Shown: one piece after another, positions 24,901-36,480 of the stretch
Layout of the letters: every line of letters begins with the position of its first letter
Numbering within the stretch: position 1 is the first letter of the stretch
DNA from: Eledone cirrhosa
Lineage: Eukaryota
Assembly (NCBI GenBank): GCA_964016885.1
Contig: OZ024744.1
Location: 25,668,001 to 25,732,000 of the forward strand
Length of the DNA stretch: 64,000 nucleotides
Reading direction: 5' to 3'
Notes under the pieces: model-generated
What the model saw: only the letters and a program-made list of their open reading frames with translations
Database searches by the model: none
What the model was told of the DNA's origin: nothing
Program-made: the position numbers and the translations under genes

Positions 24901-27900
24901 ATTAATGTTGTTAGTGGTTGTTACTGGTTGTTAGTGGTTGTTAGTGGTTGTTAGTGTTTGTTAGTGGTTGTTAGTAGTTGTTAGTGGTTGTTAGTAGTTG
25001 TTAATGCTTGATAACGGTTGTTAGTGGTTGTTAGTGGTTGTTCGTAGTTGTTAGTGGTTGTTAGTGGTTGTTAGTGGTTGTTAATGGTTGTTAGTGGTTG
25101 TTAGTGGATGTTAGTGGATGTTAGTATTTGTTGATGCTTGTTAGTGGTTGTTAGTGGTTGTTATTGGTTGTTAGTGGTTGTTAGTGGTTGTTAGTAGTTG
25201 TTAATGTCTGATAATGGTTGTTAGTAATTGTTAGTGGTTGTTTGTGGTTGTTAGTTGTTGTTAGTGGTTGTTAGTGGTTGTTAGTGTTTGTTAGTGGTTG
25301 TTAGTAGTTTTTAGAGCTTGTTAGTGGTTGTTAATGGTTGTTAATGGTTGTTAGTGTTTGTTAGTGGTTGTTAGTAGTTGTTAGTGGTTGTTAGTTGTTG
25401 TTTGTGGTTGTTAGTGGTTGTTAGAGGTTGTTAGTGTTGTTAGTGGTTGTTACTGGTTTTTAGTGATTGTTAGTGGTTGTTAGTGGTTGTTAGTGGTTGT
25501 TAGTGGATGTTATTAGTTGTTAATGGTTGTTAGTGTTTGTTAGTGGTTGTTAGTAGTTGTTAGTGGTTGTTAGTAGTTGTTAGTATTTGTTTGTGGTTGT
25601 TAGTGGTTGTTAGTGGTTGTTAGTGGTTGTAAGTGGATGTTAGTAGTTTTTAATGGTTGTTAGTGTTTGTTATTGGTTGTTACTGGTTGTTAGTGGTTGT
25701 TAGTGGTTGTTAGTGGTTGTTAGTGGTTGTTAGTGGTTGTTAGTGGATGTTAGTAGTTGTTAGTGGTTGTTAGTGGATGTTAGTAGTTGTTAATGGTTGT
25801 TAGTGTTTGTTAGTGGTTGTTAGTAGTTGTTAGTGGTTGTTAGTAGTTGTTAATGCTTGATAATGGTTGTTAGTGGTTGTTAGTGGTTGTTCGTAGTTGT
25901 TAATGGTTGTTAGTGTTTGTTAGTGGTTGTTACAGGTTATTAATGTTGTTAGTGGTTGTTACTGGTTGTTAGTGGTTGTTAGTGGTTGTTAGTGTTTGTT
26001 AGTGGTTGTTAGTAGTTGTTAGTGGTTGTTAGTAGTTGTTAATGCTTGATAACGGTTGTTAGTGGTTGTTAGTGGTTGTTCGTAGTTGTTAGTGGTTGTT
26101 AGTGGTTGTTAGTGGTTGTTAATGGTTGTTAGTGGTTGTTAGTGGATGTTAGTGGATGTTAGTATTTGTTGATGCTTGTTAGTGGTTGTTAGTGGTTGTT
26201 ATTGGTTGTTAGTGGTTGTTAGTGGTTGTTAGTAGTTGTTAATGTCTGATAATGGTTGTTAGTAATTGTTAGTGGTTGTTTGTGGTTGTTAGTTGTTGTT
26301 AGTGGTTGTTAGTGGTTGTTAGTGTTTGTTAGTGGTTGTTAGTAGTTTTTAGAGCTTGTTAGTGGTTGTTAATGGTTGTTAATGGTTGTTAGTGTTTGTT
26401 AGTGGTTGTTAGTAGTTGTTAGTGGTTGTTAGTTGTTGTTTGTGGTTGTTAGTGGTTGTTAGAGGTTGTTAGTGTTGTTAGTGGTTGTTACTGGTTTTTA
26501 GTGATTGTTAGTGGTTGTTAGTGGTTGTTAGTGGTTGTTAGTGGATGTTATTAGTTGTTAATGGTTGTTAGTGTTTGTTAGTGGTTGTTAGTAGTTGTTA
26601 GTGGTTGTTAGTAGTTGTTAGTATTTGTTTGTGGTTGTTAGTAGTTGTTAGTGGTTGTTAGTGGTTGTTAGTGGTTGTTAATGGTTGTTAGTAATTGTTA
26701 TTGGTCGTCAGTGGTTGTTAATGGTTGTTAGTAGTTGTTAGTGGTTGGTAGTGGTTGTTAGTTGTTGTTTGTGGTTGTTAGTAATTGTTATTGTTCGTTA
26801 GTGGTTGTTAACGGTTGTTTGTAGTGGTTAGTGGTTGTTAGTGGTTGTTAGTGATTGTTAGTGGTTGTTAGTGGTTGTTAGTAGTCGTTAGTGGTTGTTG
26901 GTGGTTGTTAGTGGTTGTTTGTGGGTGTTCATGGTTGTTAGTGGTTGTTATTAGTTGTTAGTGGTTGTTAGTGGTTGTTAGTGGTCGTTAGTGGTTTTTA
27001 GTGGTTGTTAGTAGTTGTTAGTGGTTGTTACTGGTTGTTAGTGGTTGTTAGTGGTTGTTAGTGGTTGTTAACGGTTGGTTGTGATTGTTAGTGTTGTAAG
27101 TGGTTGTTAGTGGTTGTTAGTAGTTGTTAGTGGTTGTTAGTGGTTGTTAGTGGTTGTTCGTGTTTGTTAGTGGTTGTTAGTGGTTGTTAGTGGTTGTTAG
27201 CGGTTGTTAGTGTTTGTTAGTGTTGTTATTAGGTTGTTAGTGGTTGTTAGTAGTTGTTAGAGGTTGTTAGTGGTGGTTAGTGGTTGTTAGTGGTTGTTAG
27301 TGGTTTTTAGTGGTTGTTAGTAGTTGTTAGTAGTTGTTAGAGGTTGTTAGTGGTTGTTAGTGGTTGTTAGCGGTTGTTAGTGATTGTTAGTTTTGTTAGT
27401 GGTTGTTAGTGACTGCTTGTTAGTAGTTGTTAGTAGGTGTTAGAGGTTGTTAGTGGTTGTTAGTGGTTGTTAGTGGCTGTTAGAGGTTGTTAGTGGTTTT
27501 TAGTAGTTGTTAGTGGTTGTTAGTACTTGTTAGTGGTTGTTAGTGGTTGTTAATGATTATTAGTAGTTGTTCGTGGTTGTTAGTGGTTGTTAGTGGTTGT
27601 TAGTAGTTGTCAGTGGTTGTTAGTGGTTGTTAGTAGTTGTTAGTGGTTGTTAGTGGTTGTTATTGATTGTCAGCGGTTGTTAGTGGTTGTTAATAATTGT
27701 TATTGGTCGTTAGTGGTTTTTAATGTTTGTTAGTAGTTATTAGTGATTGTTAGTGGTTGTTAGTGGTTGTTAGTAGTTGTTAGTGATTGTTAGTGGTTGT
27801 TAGTGTGCGTTAGTGGTTGGTAGTGATTGGTAGTGGTTGTTAGTGTTATTAGTGGTTGTTAGTGGTTGTTATTAGTTGTTAGTGGTTGTTAGTGGTTGTT

Positions 27901-30900
27901 AGTGGTTGTTAGTGTTTGTTAGTGGTTGTGAGTGGTTGTTAGTGGATGTTACTCGTTGTTAGTGGTTGTTAGTGGTTGTTAGTGATTATTAGTTGTTGTT
28001 AATGTTTGTTAATTGTTGTTAGTGGTTGTTAGTGGTTGTTAGTGGTTGTTAGTGGTTGTTAGTGGTCGTTAGTAATTGTTATTGGTCGTTAGTGGTCGTT
28101 AATAGTTGTTAGAAGTTGTTCGTGGTTGTTAGTGGTTGTTAGTGGTTGTTAGTGGTTGTTAGTGGTTGTTAGTGGTTGTTAGTAGTTTTTAGTGATTGTT
28201 AGTGGTTGTTAGTGGTTGTTTGTGGTTGTTAATGTTTGTTAGTGGTTGTTAGTAGTTGTTAGTGGTTGTTAGTGGTTCTAGTGTTGTTAGTGCTTGTTAG
28301 TGGTTGTTAGTGGTTGTTAGTGGTTGTTAGTCGTTGTTAGCGGTTGTTAGTGGTTGTTAGTGTTGTTAGTGATTGTTAGTAGTTGTTAGTGGTTGTTGGT
28401 GGTTGTTAGTGGTTGTCTGTGGGTGTTCATGGTTGTTAGTGGTTGTTATTAGTTGTTAGTGGTTGTTAGTGGTTGTTAGTGGTTGTTAGTGGTTTTTAGT
28501 GGTTGTTAGTAGTTGTTAGTGGTTGTTACTGGTTGTTAGTGGTTGTTAGTGGTTGTTAGTGGTTGTTAACGGTTGGTAGTGATTGTTAGTGTTGTTAGTG
28601 GTTGTTAGTGGTTGTTAGTAGTTGTTAGTGGTTGTTAGTGGTTGTTAGTGGTTGTTAGTGTTTGTTAGTGGTTGTTAGTGGTTGTTAGTGGTTGTTAGCG
28701 GTTGTTAGTGTTTGTTAGTGTTGTTATTAGGTTGTTAGTGGTTGTTAGTAGTTGTTAGAGGTTGTTAGTGGTGGTTAGTGGTTGTTAGTGGTTGTTAGTG
28801 GTTTTTAGTGGTTGTTAGTAGTTGTTAGTAGTTGTTAGAGGTTGTTAGTGGTTGTTAGCGGTTGTTAGTGATTGTTAGTGTTGTTAGTGGTTGTTAGTGA
28901 CTGCTTGTTAGTAGTTGTTAGTAGGTGTTAGAGGTTGTTAGTGGTTGTTAGTGGTTGTTAGTGGCTGTTAGAGGTTGTTAGTGGTTTTTAGTAGTTGTTA
29001 GTGGTTGTTAGTACTTGTTAGTGGTTGTTAGTGGTTGTTAATGATTGTTAGTAGTTGTTCGTGGTTGTTAGTGGTTGTTAGTGGTTGTTAGTAGTTGTCA
29101 GTGGTTGTTAGTGGTTGTTAGTAGTTGTTAGTGGTTGTTAGTGGTTGTTATTGATTGTCAGCGGTTGTTAGTGGTTGTTAATAATTGTTATTGGTCGTTA
29201 GTGTTTGTTAATGTTTGTTAGTAGTTGTTAGTGATTGTTAGTGGTTGTTAGTGGTTGTTAGTAGTTGTTAGTGATTGTTAGTGGTTGTTAGTGGGCGTTA
29301 GTGGTTGGTAGTGATTGGTAGTGGTTGTTAGTGTTATTAGTGGTTGTTAGTGGTTGTTATTAGTTGTTAGTAGTTGTTAATGGTTGTTAGTGGTTGTTAG
29401 TGGTTGTTAGTAGTTGTTAGTAGTTGTTAGTGGTTGTTAGATGTTGTTTGTGGTTGTTAGTGGTTGTTAGTGGTTGTTAGTGTTGTTAGTGGTTGTTAGT
29501 GGTTGTTAGTGGTTGTTAGTGGTTGTTAGTGGATGTCAGTAGTTGTTAATGGTTGTTAGTTGTCGTTAGTGGTTGTTTGTAGTCGTTAGTGGTTGTTAGT
29601 AGTTGTTAGTGGTTGTTAGTGGTTGTTATTGATTGTCAGCGGTTGTTAGTGGTTGTTAATAATTGTTATTGGTCGTTAGTGTTTGTTAATGTTTGTTAGT
29701 AGTTGTTCGTGGTTGTTAGTGGTTGTTAGTGGTTCTTAGTGGTTGTTAGTGGTTGTTAGTGGTTGTTACTGGTTGTTAGTAGTTGTTAGTGGTTGTTAGT
29801 GGTTGTTAGTGGTTGTTAGTGGTTGTTAGTGGTTGTTAGTGGATGTTAGTAGTTGTTAATGGTTGTTAGTGGTTGTTAGTGGTTGTTAGTAGTTGTTAGT
29901 AGTTGTTAGTGGTTGTTAGATGTTGTTTGTGGTTGTTAGTGGTTGTTAGTGGTTGTTAGTGTTGTTAGTGGTTGTTAGTGGTTGTTAGTGGTTGTTAGTG
30001 GTTGTTAGTGGATGTCAGTAGTTGTTAATGGTTGTTAGTTGTCGTTAGTGGTTGTTTGTAGTCGTTAGTGGTTGTTAGTAGTTGTTAATGCTTGATAATG
30101 GTTGTTAGTGGTTGTTAGTAGTTGTTAGTCGTTGTTAGTGGTTGCTAGTGGTTGTTAGTGGTTGTTAATGGTTGTTAGTGGTTGTTAGTGGATGTTAGTG
30201 GATGTTAGTAATTGTTGATGGTTGTTAGTGGTTGTTAGTGGTTGTTATTGGTTGTTAGTGGTTGTTAGTGGTTGTTAGTAGTTGTTAATGTTTGATAATG
30301 GTTGTTAGTAATTGTTAGTGGTTGTTAGTGGTTGTTAGTTGTTGTTAGTGGTTGTTAGAGGTTGTTAATGGTTGTTAGTAGTTGTTTGTGGTTGTTTGCG
30401 GTTGTTAGTAGTTGTTAGTGGTTGTTAGTGGTTGTTAGTGGTTGTTAGTAGTTGTTAGTGGTTGTTAGTAATTGTTATTGGTCGTTAGTAGTTGTTAATG
30501 GTTGTTAGTAGTTGTTAGTGGTTGTTAGTGGTTGTTAGTGGTTGTCAGTGGTTGTTAGTGGTTGTTAGTAATTGTTATTGATTGTTAGTGGTTGTTAACG
30601 TTTGTTAGTAGTTGTGAGTGGTTGTTAGAGGTTGTTAATGGTTGTTCGTAGTTGTTAGTGGTTGTTAGTGGTTGTTAGTGGTTGTTAGTGGTTGTTAGTA
30701 ATTGTTATTGGTCGTTAGTGGTTGTTAATGGTTGTTAGTAGTTGTTAGTGGTTGTTAGTAGTTGTTAATGCTTGATAATGGTTGTTAGTGGTTGTTAGTG
30801 GTTGTTACCGGTTGTTAGAGGTTGTTAGTGTTGTTAGTGGTTGTTAGTGGTTGTTAGTGGTTATTAGTGGTTGTTAGTAGTTGTTAGTGGTTGTTATTGG

Positions 30901-33900
30901 TTGTTAGTGGTTGTTAGTGGTTATTAGTGGTTGTTAGTGGTTGTTAGTAGTTGTTAGTGATTGTTAATCGTTGTTAGTGCTTGTTTGTGGTTGTTAATGG
31001 TTGTTATTGGTTGTTAGTAGTTGTTAGTGGTTGTTTGTGGTTGTTAGTGGTCTTTAGCGGTTGTTAGTGGTTCTAGTGTAGTTAGTGGTTGTTAGTGGTT
31101 GTTAGCGGTTGTTAGTGGTTGTTAGTGTTGTTAGTGGTTGTTAGTGGTTGTTAGTAGTTGTTAGTGGTTGTTAGTAGTTGTTAGTGGTTGTTAGTGGTTG
31201 TTAGTGGTTGTTAGTGGTTGTTACCGGTTATTAGAGGTTGTTAGTTTTGTTAGTGGTTGTTAATGTTTGGTAGTGTTTGTTAGTGGTTGTTAGTGGTTGT
31301 TTGTGGTTGTTAATCGTTATTGGTGGTTGTTAGTATTTGTTATTGGTTGTTAGTGGTTGTTAGTGGTTGTTAGTGGTTGTTAGTAATTGTTATTGGTCGT
31401 TAGCGTTTGTTAATGTTTGTTAGTAGTTGTTAGTGGTTGTTAGTGGTTGTTAGTGGTTGTTAGTGGTTGTTACCGGTTGTTAGAGGTTGTTAGTGTTGTT
31501 AGTGGTTGTTAGTGGTTGTTAGTGGTTGTTAGTGGTTGTTAGTAGTTGTTATTGGTTGTTATTGGTTGTTAGTGGTTATTAGTGGTTGTTAGTGGTTGTT
31601 AGATGTTGTTATTGGTTGTTAGTGGTTGTTAGTAGTTGTTAGTGGTTGTTAGTGGTTGTTAGTGGTTGTTACTGGTTGTTAGTAGTTGTTAGCGGTTGTT
31701 AGTGGTTATTAGTGGTTCTTAGTGGTTGTTAGTGGTTGTTAGTGGTTGTTACTGGTTGTAAGTAGTTGTTAGTGGTTGCTATAGGTTGTTAGTAGTTGTT
31801 AGTGGTTGTTAGTGGTTGTTAGTGGTTGTTAGTGTTTGTTAGTCGTTGTTAGCGGTTGTTAGTGGTTGTTAGTAGTTGTTAGTGGATGTTATTGGTTGTT
31901 ACTGGTTGTTAGTAGTTGTTAGTGGTTGTTAGTAGTTGTTAGTGGTTGTTAGTAGTTGTTAGTAGTTGTTAGTGGTTGTAGTGGTTGTTAGTGGTTGTTA
32001 GTGTTGTTAGTGGTTGTTAGTGGTTGTTAGTGGTTGTTAGTGGTTGTTAGCGATTGTTAGTGGTTGTTAGTAGTTGTTAGTGGTTGTTAGTGGTTGTTAG
32101 TGGCTGTTATTGGTTGTTACTGGTTGTTAGTATTTGTTAGTGGTTGTTAGTGGTTGTTAGTGTTTGTTAGTGGTTGTTAGTGTTGTAAGTGGTTGTTAGT
32201 GGTTGTTAGTGGTTGTTAGTGGTTGCTATAGGTTGTTAGTAGTTGTTAGTGGTTGTTACTGGTTGTTAGTGGTTGTTAGTGTGTGTTAGTCGTTGTTAGC
32301 GGTTGTTAGTGATTGTTAGTAATTGTTAGTAGTTGTTAGTGGTTGTTAGTGGTTGTTAGTGGTTGTAAGTGGATGTTAGTAGTTTTTAATGGTTGTTAGT
32401 GTTTGTTATTGGTTGTTACTGGTTGTTAGTGGTTGTTAGTGGTTGTTAGTGGTTGTTAGTGGTTGTTAGTGGTTGTTAGTGGATGTTAGTAGTTGTTAGT
32501 GGTTGTTAGTGGATGTTAGTAGTTGTTAATGGTTGTTAGTGTTTGTTAGTGGTTGTTAGTAGTTGTTAGTGGTTGTTAGTAGTTGTTAATGCTTGATAAT
32601 GGTTGTTAGTGGTTGTTAGTGGTTGTTCGTAGTTGTTAATGGTTGTTAGTGTTTGTTAGTGGTTGTTACAGGTTATTAATGTTGTTAGTGGTTGTTACTG
32701 GTTGTTAGTGGTTGTTAGTGGTTGTTAGTGTTTGTTAGTGGTTGTTAGTAGTTGTTAGTGGTTGTTAGTAGTTGTTAATGCTTGATAACGGTTGTTAGTG
32801 GTTGTTAGTGGTTGTTCGTAGTTGTTAGTGGTTGTTAGTGGTTGTTAGTGGTTGTTAATGGTTGTTAGTGGTTGTTAGTGGATGTTAGTGGATGTTAGTA
32901 TTTGTTGATGCTTGTTAGTGGTTGTTAGTGGTTGTTATTGGTTGTTAGTGGTTGTTAGTGGTTGTTAGTAGTTGTTAATGTCTGATAATGGTTGTTAGTA
33001 ATTGTTAGTGGTTGTTTGTGGTTGTTAGTTGTTGTTAGTGGTTGTTAGTGGTTGTTAGTGTTTGTTAGTGGTTGTTAGTAGTTTTTAGAGCTTGTTAGTG
33101 GTTGTTAATGGTTGTTAATGGTTGTTAGTGTTTGTTAGTGGTTGTTAGTAGTTGTTAGTGGTTGTTAGTTGTTGTTTGTGGTTGTTAGTGGTTGTTAGAG
33201 GTTGTTAGTGTTGTTAGTGGTTGTTACTGGTTTTTAGTGATTGTTAGTGGTTGTTAGTGGTTGTTAGTGGTTGTTAGTGGATGTTATTAGTTGTTAATGG
33301 TTGTTAGTGTTTGTTAGTGGTTGTTAGTAGTTGTTAGTGGTTGTTAGTAGTTGTTAGTATTTGTTTGTGGTTGTTAGTAGTTGTTAGTGGTTGTTAGTGG
33401 TTGTTAGTGGTTGTTAATGGTTGTTAGTAATTGTTATTGGTCGTCAGTGGTTGTTAATGGTTGTTAGTAGTTGTTAGTGGTTGGTAGTGGTTGTTAGTTG
33501 TTGTTTGTGGTTGTTAGTAATTGTTATTGTTCGTTAGTGGTTGTTAACGGTTGTTTGTAGTGGTTAGTGGTTGTTAGTGGTTGTTAGTGATTGTTAGTGG
33601 TTGTTAGTGGTTGTTAGTAGTCGTTAGTGGTTGTTGGTGGTTGTTAGTGGTTGTTTGTGGGTGTTCATGGTTGTTAGTGGTTGTTATTAGTTGTTAGTGG
33701 TTGTTAGTGGTTGTTAGTGGTCGTTAGTGGTTTTTAGTGGTTGTTAGTAGTTGTTAGTGGTTGTTACTGGTTGTTAGTGGTTGTTAGTGGTTGTTAGTGG
33801 TTGTTAACGGTTGGTTGTGATTGTTAGTGTTGTTAGTGGTTGTTAGTGGTTGTTAGTAGTTGTTAGTGGTTGTTAGTGGTTGTTAGTGGTTGTTCGTGTT

Positions 33901-36080
33901 TGTTAGTGGTTGTTAGTGGTTGTTAGTGGTTGTTAGCGGTTGTTAGTGTTTGTTAGTGTTGTTATTAGGTTGTTAGTGGTTGTTAGTAGTTGTTAGAGGT
34001 TGTTAGTGGTGGTTAGTGGTTGTTAGTGGTTGTTAGTGGTTTTTAGTGGTTGTTAGTAGTTGTTAGTAGTTGTTAGAGGTTGTTAGTGGTTGTTAGTGAT
34101 TGTTAGTTTTGTTAGTGGTTGTTAGTGACTGCTTGTTAGTAGTTGTTAGTAGGTGTTAGAGGTTGTTAGTGGTTGTTAGTGGTTGTTAGTGGCTGTTAGA
34201 GGTTGTTAGTGGTTTTTAGTAGTTGTTAGTGGTTGTTAGTACTTGTTAGTGGTTGTTAGTGGTTGTTAATGATTATTAGTAGTTGTTCGTGGTTGTTAGT
34301 GGTTGTTAGTGGTTGTTAGTAGTTGTCAGTGGTTGTTAGTGGTTGTTAGTAGTTGTTAGTGGTTGTTAGTGGTTGTTATTGATTGTCAGCGGTTGTTAGT
34401 GGTTGTTAATAATTGTTATTGGTCGTTAGTGGTTTTTAATGTTTGTTAGTAGTTATTAGTGATTGTTAGTGGTTGTTAGTGGTTGTTAGTAGTTGTTAGT
34501 GATTGTTAGTGGTTGTTAGTGTGCGTTAGTGGTTGGTAGTGATTGGTAGTGGTTGTTAGTGTTATTAGTGGTTGTTAGTGGTTGTTATTAGTTGTTAGTG
34601 GTTGTTAGTGGTTGTTAGTGGTTGTTAGTGTTTGTTAGTGGTTGTGAGTGGTTGTTAGTGGATGTTACTCGTTGTTAGTGGTTGTTAGTGGTTGTTAGTG
34701 ATTATTAGTTGTTGTTAATGTTTGTTAATTGTTGTTAGTGGTTGTTAGTGGTTGTTAGTGGTTGTTAGTGGTTGTTAGTGGTCGTTAGTAATTGTTATTG
34801 GTCGTTAGTGGTCGTTAATAGTTGTTAGAAGTTGTTCGTGGTTGTTAGTGGTTGTTAGTGGTTGTTAGTGGTTGTTAGTGGTTGTTAGTGGTTGTTAGTA
34901 GTTTTTAGTGATTGTTAGTGGTTGTTAGTGGTTGTTTGTGGTTGTTAATGTTTGTTAGTGGTTGTTAGTAGTTGTTAGTGGTTGTTAGTGGTTCTAGTGT
35001 TGTTAGTGCTTGTTAGTGGTTGTTAGTGGTTGTTAGTGGTTGTTAGTCGTTGTTAGCGGTTGTTAGTGGTTGTTAGTGTTGTTAGTGATTGTTAGTAGTT
35101 GTTAGTGGTTGTTGGTGGTTGTTAGTGGTTGTTTGTGGGTGTTCATGGTTGTTAGTGGTTGTTATTAGTTGTTAGTGGTTGTTAGTGGTTGTTAGTGGTT
35201 GTTAGTGGTTTTTAGTGGTTGTTAGTAGTTGTTAGTGGTTGTTACTGGTTGTTAGTGGTTGTTAGTGGTTGTTAGTGGTTGTTAACGGTTGGTAGTGATT
35301 GTTAGTGTTGTTAGTGGTTGTTAGTGGTTGTTAGTAGTTGTTAGTGGTTGTTAGTGGTTGTTAGTGGTTGTTAGTGTTTGTTAGTGGTTGTTAGTGGTTG
35401 TTAGTGGTTGTTAGCGGTTGTTAGTGTTTGTTAGTGTTGTTATTAGGTTGTTAGTGGTTGTTAGTAGTTGTTAGAGGTTGTTAGTGGTGGTTAGTGGTTG
35501 TTAGTGGTTGTTAGTGGTTTTTAGTGGTTGTTAGTAGTTGTTAGTAGTTGTTAGAGGTTGTTAGTGGTTGTTAGCGGTTGTTAGTGATTGTTAGTGTTGT
35601 TAGTGGTTGTTAGTGACTGCTTGTTAGTAGTTGTTAGTAGGTGTTAGAGGTTGTTAGTGGTTGTTAGTGGTTGTTAGTGGCTGTTAGAGGTTGTTAGTGG
35701 TTTTTAGTAGTTGTTAGTGGTTGTTAGTACTTGTTAGTGGTTGTTAGTGGTTGTTAATGATTGTTAGTAGTTGTTCGTGGTTGTTAGTGGTTGTTAGTGG
35801 TTGTTAGTAGTTGTCAGTGGTTGTTAGTGGTTGTTAGTAGTTGTTAGTGGTTGTTAGTGGTTGTTATTGATTGTCAGCGGTTGTTAGTGGTTGTTAATAA
35901 TTGTTATTGGTCGTTAGTGTTTGTTAATGTTTGTTAGTAGTTGTTAGTGATTGTTAGTGGTTGTTAGTGGTTGTTAGTAGTTGTTAGTGATTGTTAGTGG
36001 TTGTTAGTGGGCGTTAGTGGTTGGTAGTGATTGGTAGTGGTTGTTAGTGTTATTAGTGGTTGTTAGTGGTTGTTATTAGT
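21920..36080 (+). repeat. Large near-tandem duplication (~21920-29370 vs ~29695-36080), offset 7774, then 6736/6716
   Basis: GTTCG 21931/29705, GGATGTCAG 22236/30010, GCTATAGG 24004/31778 and TTACAGG 24892/32666 all give 7774. GTGGGTGTTC 26921/33657 gives 6736 and GACTGC 27411/34127 gives 6716. Confidence 0.93.
24560..26640 (+). repeat. 1038-bp tandem duplication, apparently near-perfect
   Basis: TTACAGG 24892/25930 and AATGTCTGAT 25203/26241 both give 1038. This equals the 7774-to-6736 change in offset of the enclosing duplication. Confidence 0.93.
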
Positions 36081-36480
36081 TGTTAGTGGTTGTTAGTGGT
36101 TGTTAGTGGTTGTTAGTGTTTGTTAGTGGTTGTGAGTGGTTGTTAGTGGATGTTACTCGTTGTTAGTGGTTGTTAGTGGTTGTTAGTGATTATTAGTTGT
36201 TGTTAATGTTTGTTAATTGTTGTTAGTGCTTGTTAGTGGTTGTTAGTGGTTGTTAGTGGTTGTTAGTGGTCGTTAGTAATTGTTATTGGTCGTTAGTGGT
36301 CGTTCATGGTTGTTAGAAGTTGTTCGTGGTTGTTAGTGGTTGTTAGTGGTTGTTAGTGGTTGTTAGTGGTTGTTAGTGATTGTTAGTGGTTCTAGTGTTG
36401 TTAGTGCTTGTTAGTGGTTGTTAGTGGCTGTTAGTGGTTGTTAGTCGTTGTTAGCGGTTGTTAGTGGTTGTTAGTGTTGT
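33615..36480 (+). repeat. ~1.49-kb tandem duplication, also present at ~26880-29370 (second unit truncated) and ~44260-47125
   Basis: GACTGC pairs 27411/28899, 34127/35615 and 44772/46260 each give 1488. The units differ at diagnostic sites such as GTGTGCG vs GTGGGCG. Confidence 0.9.
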
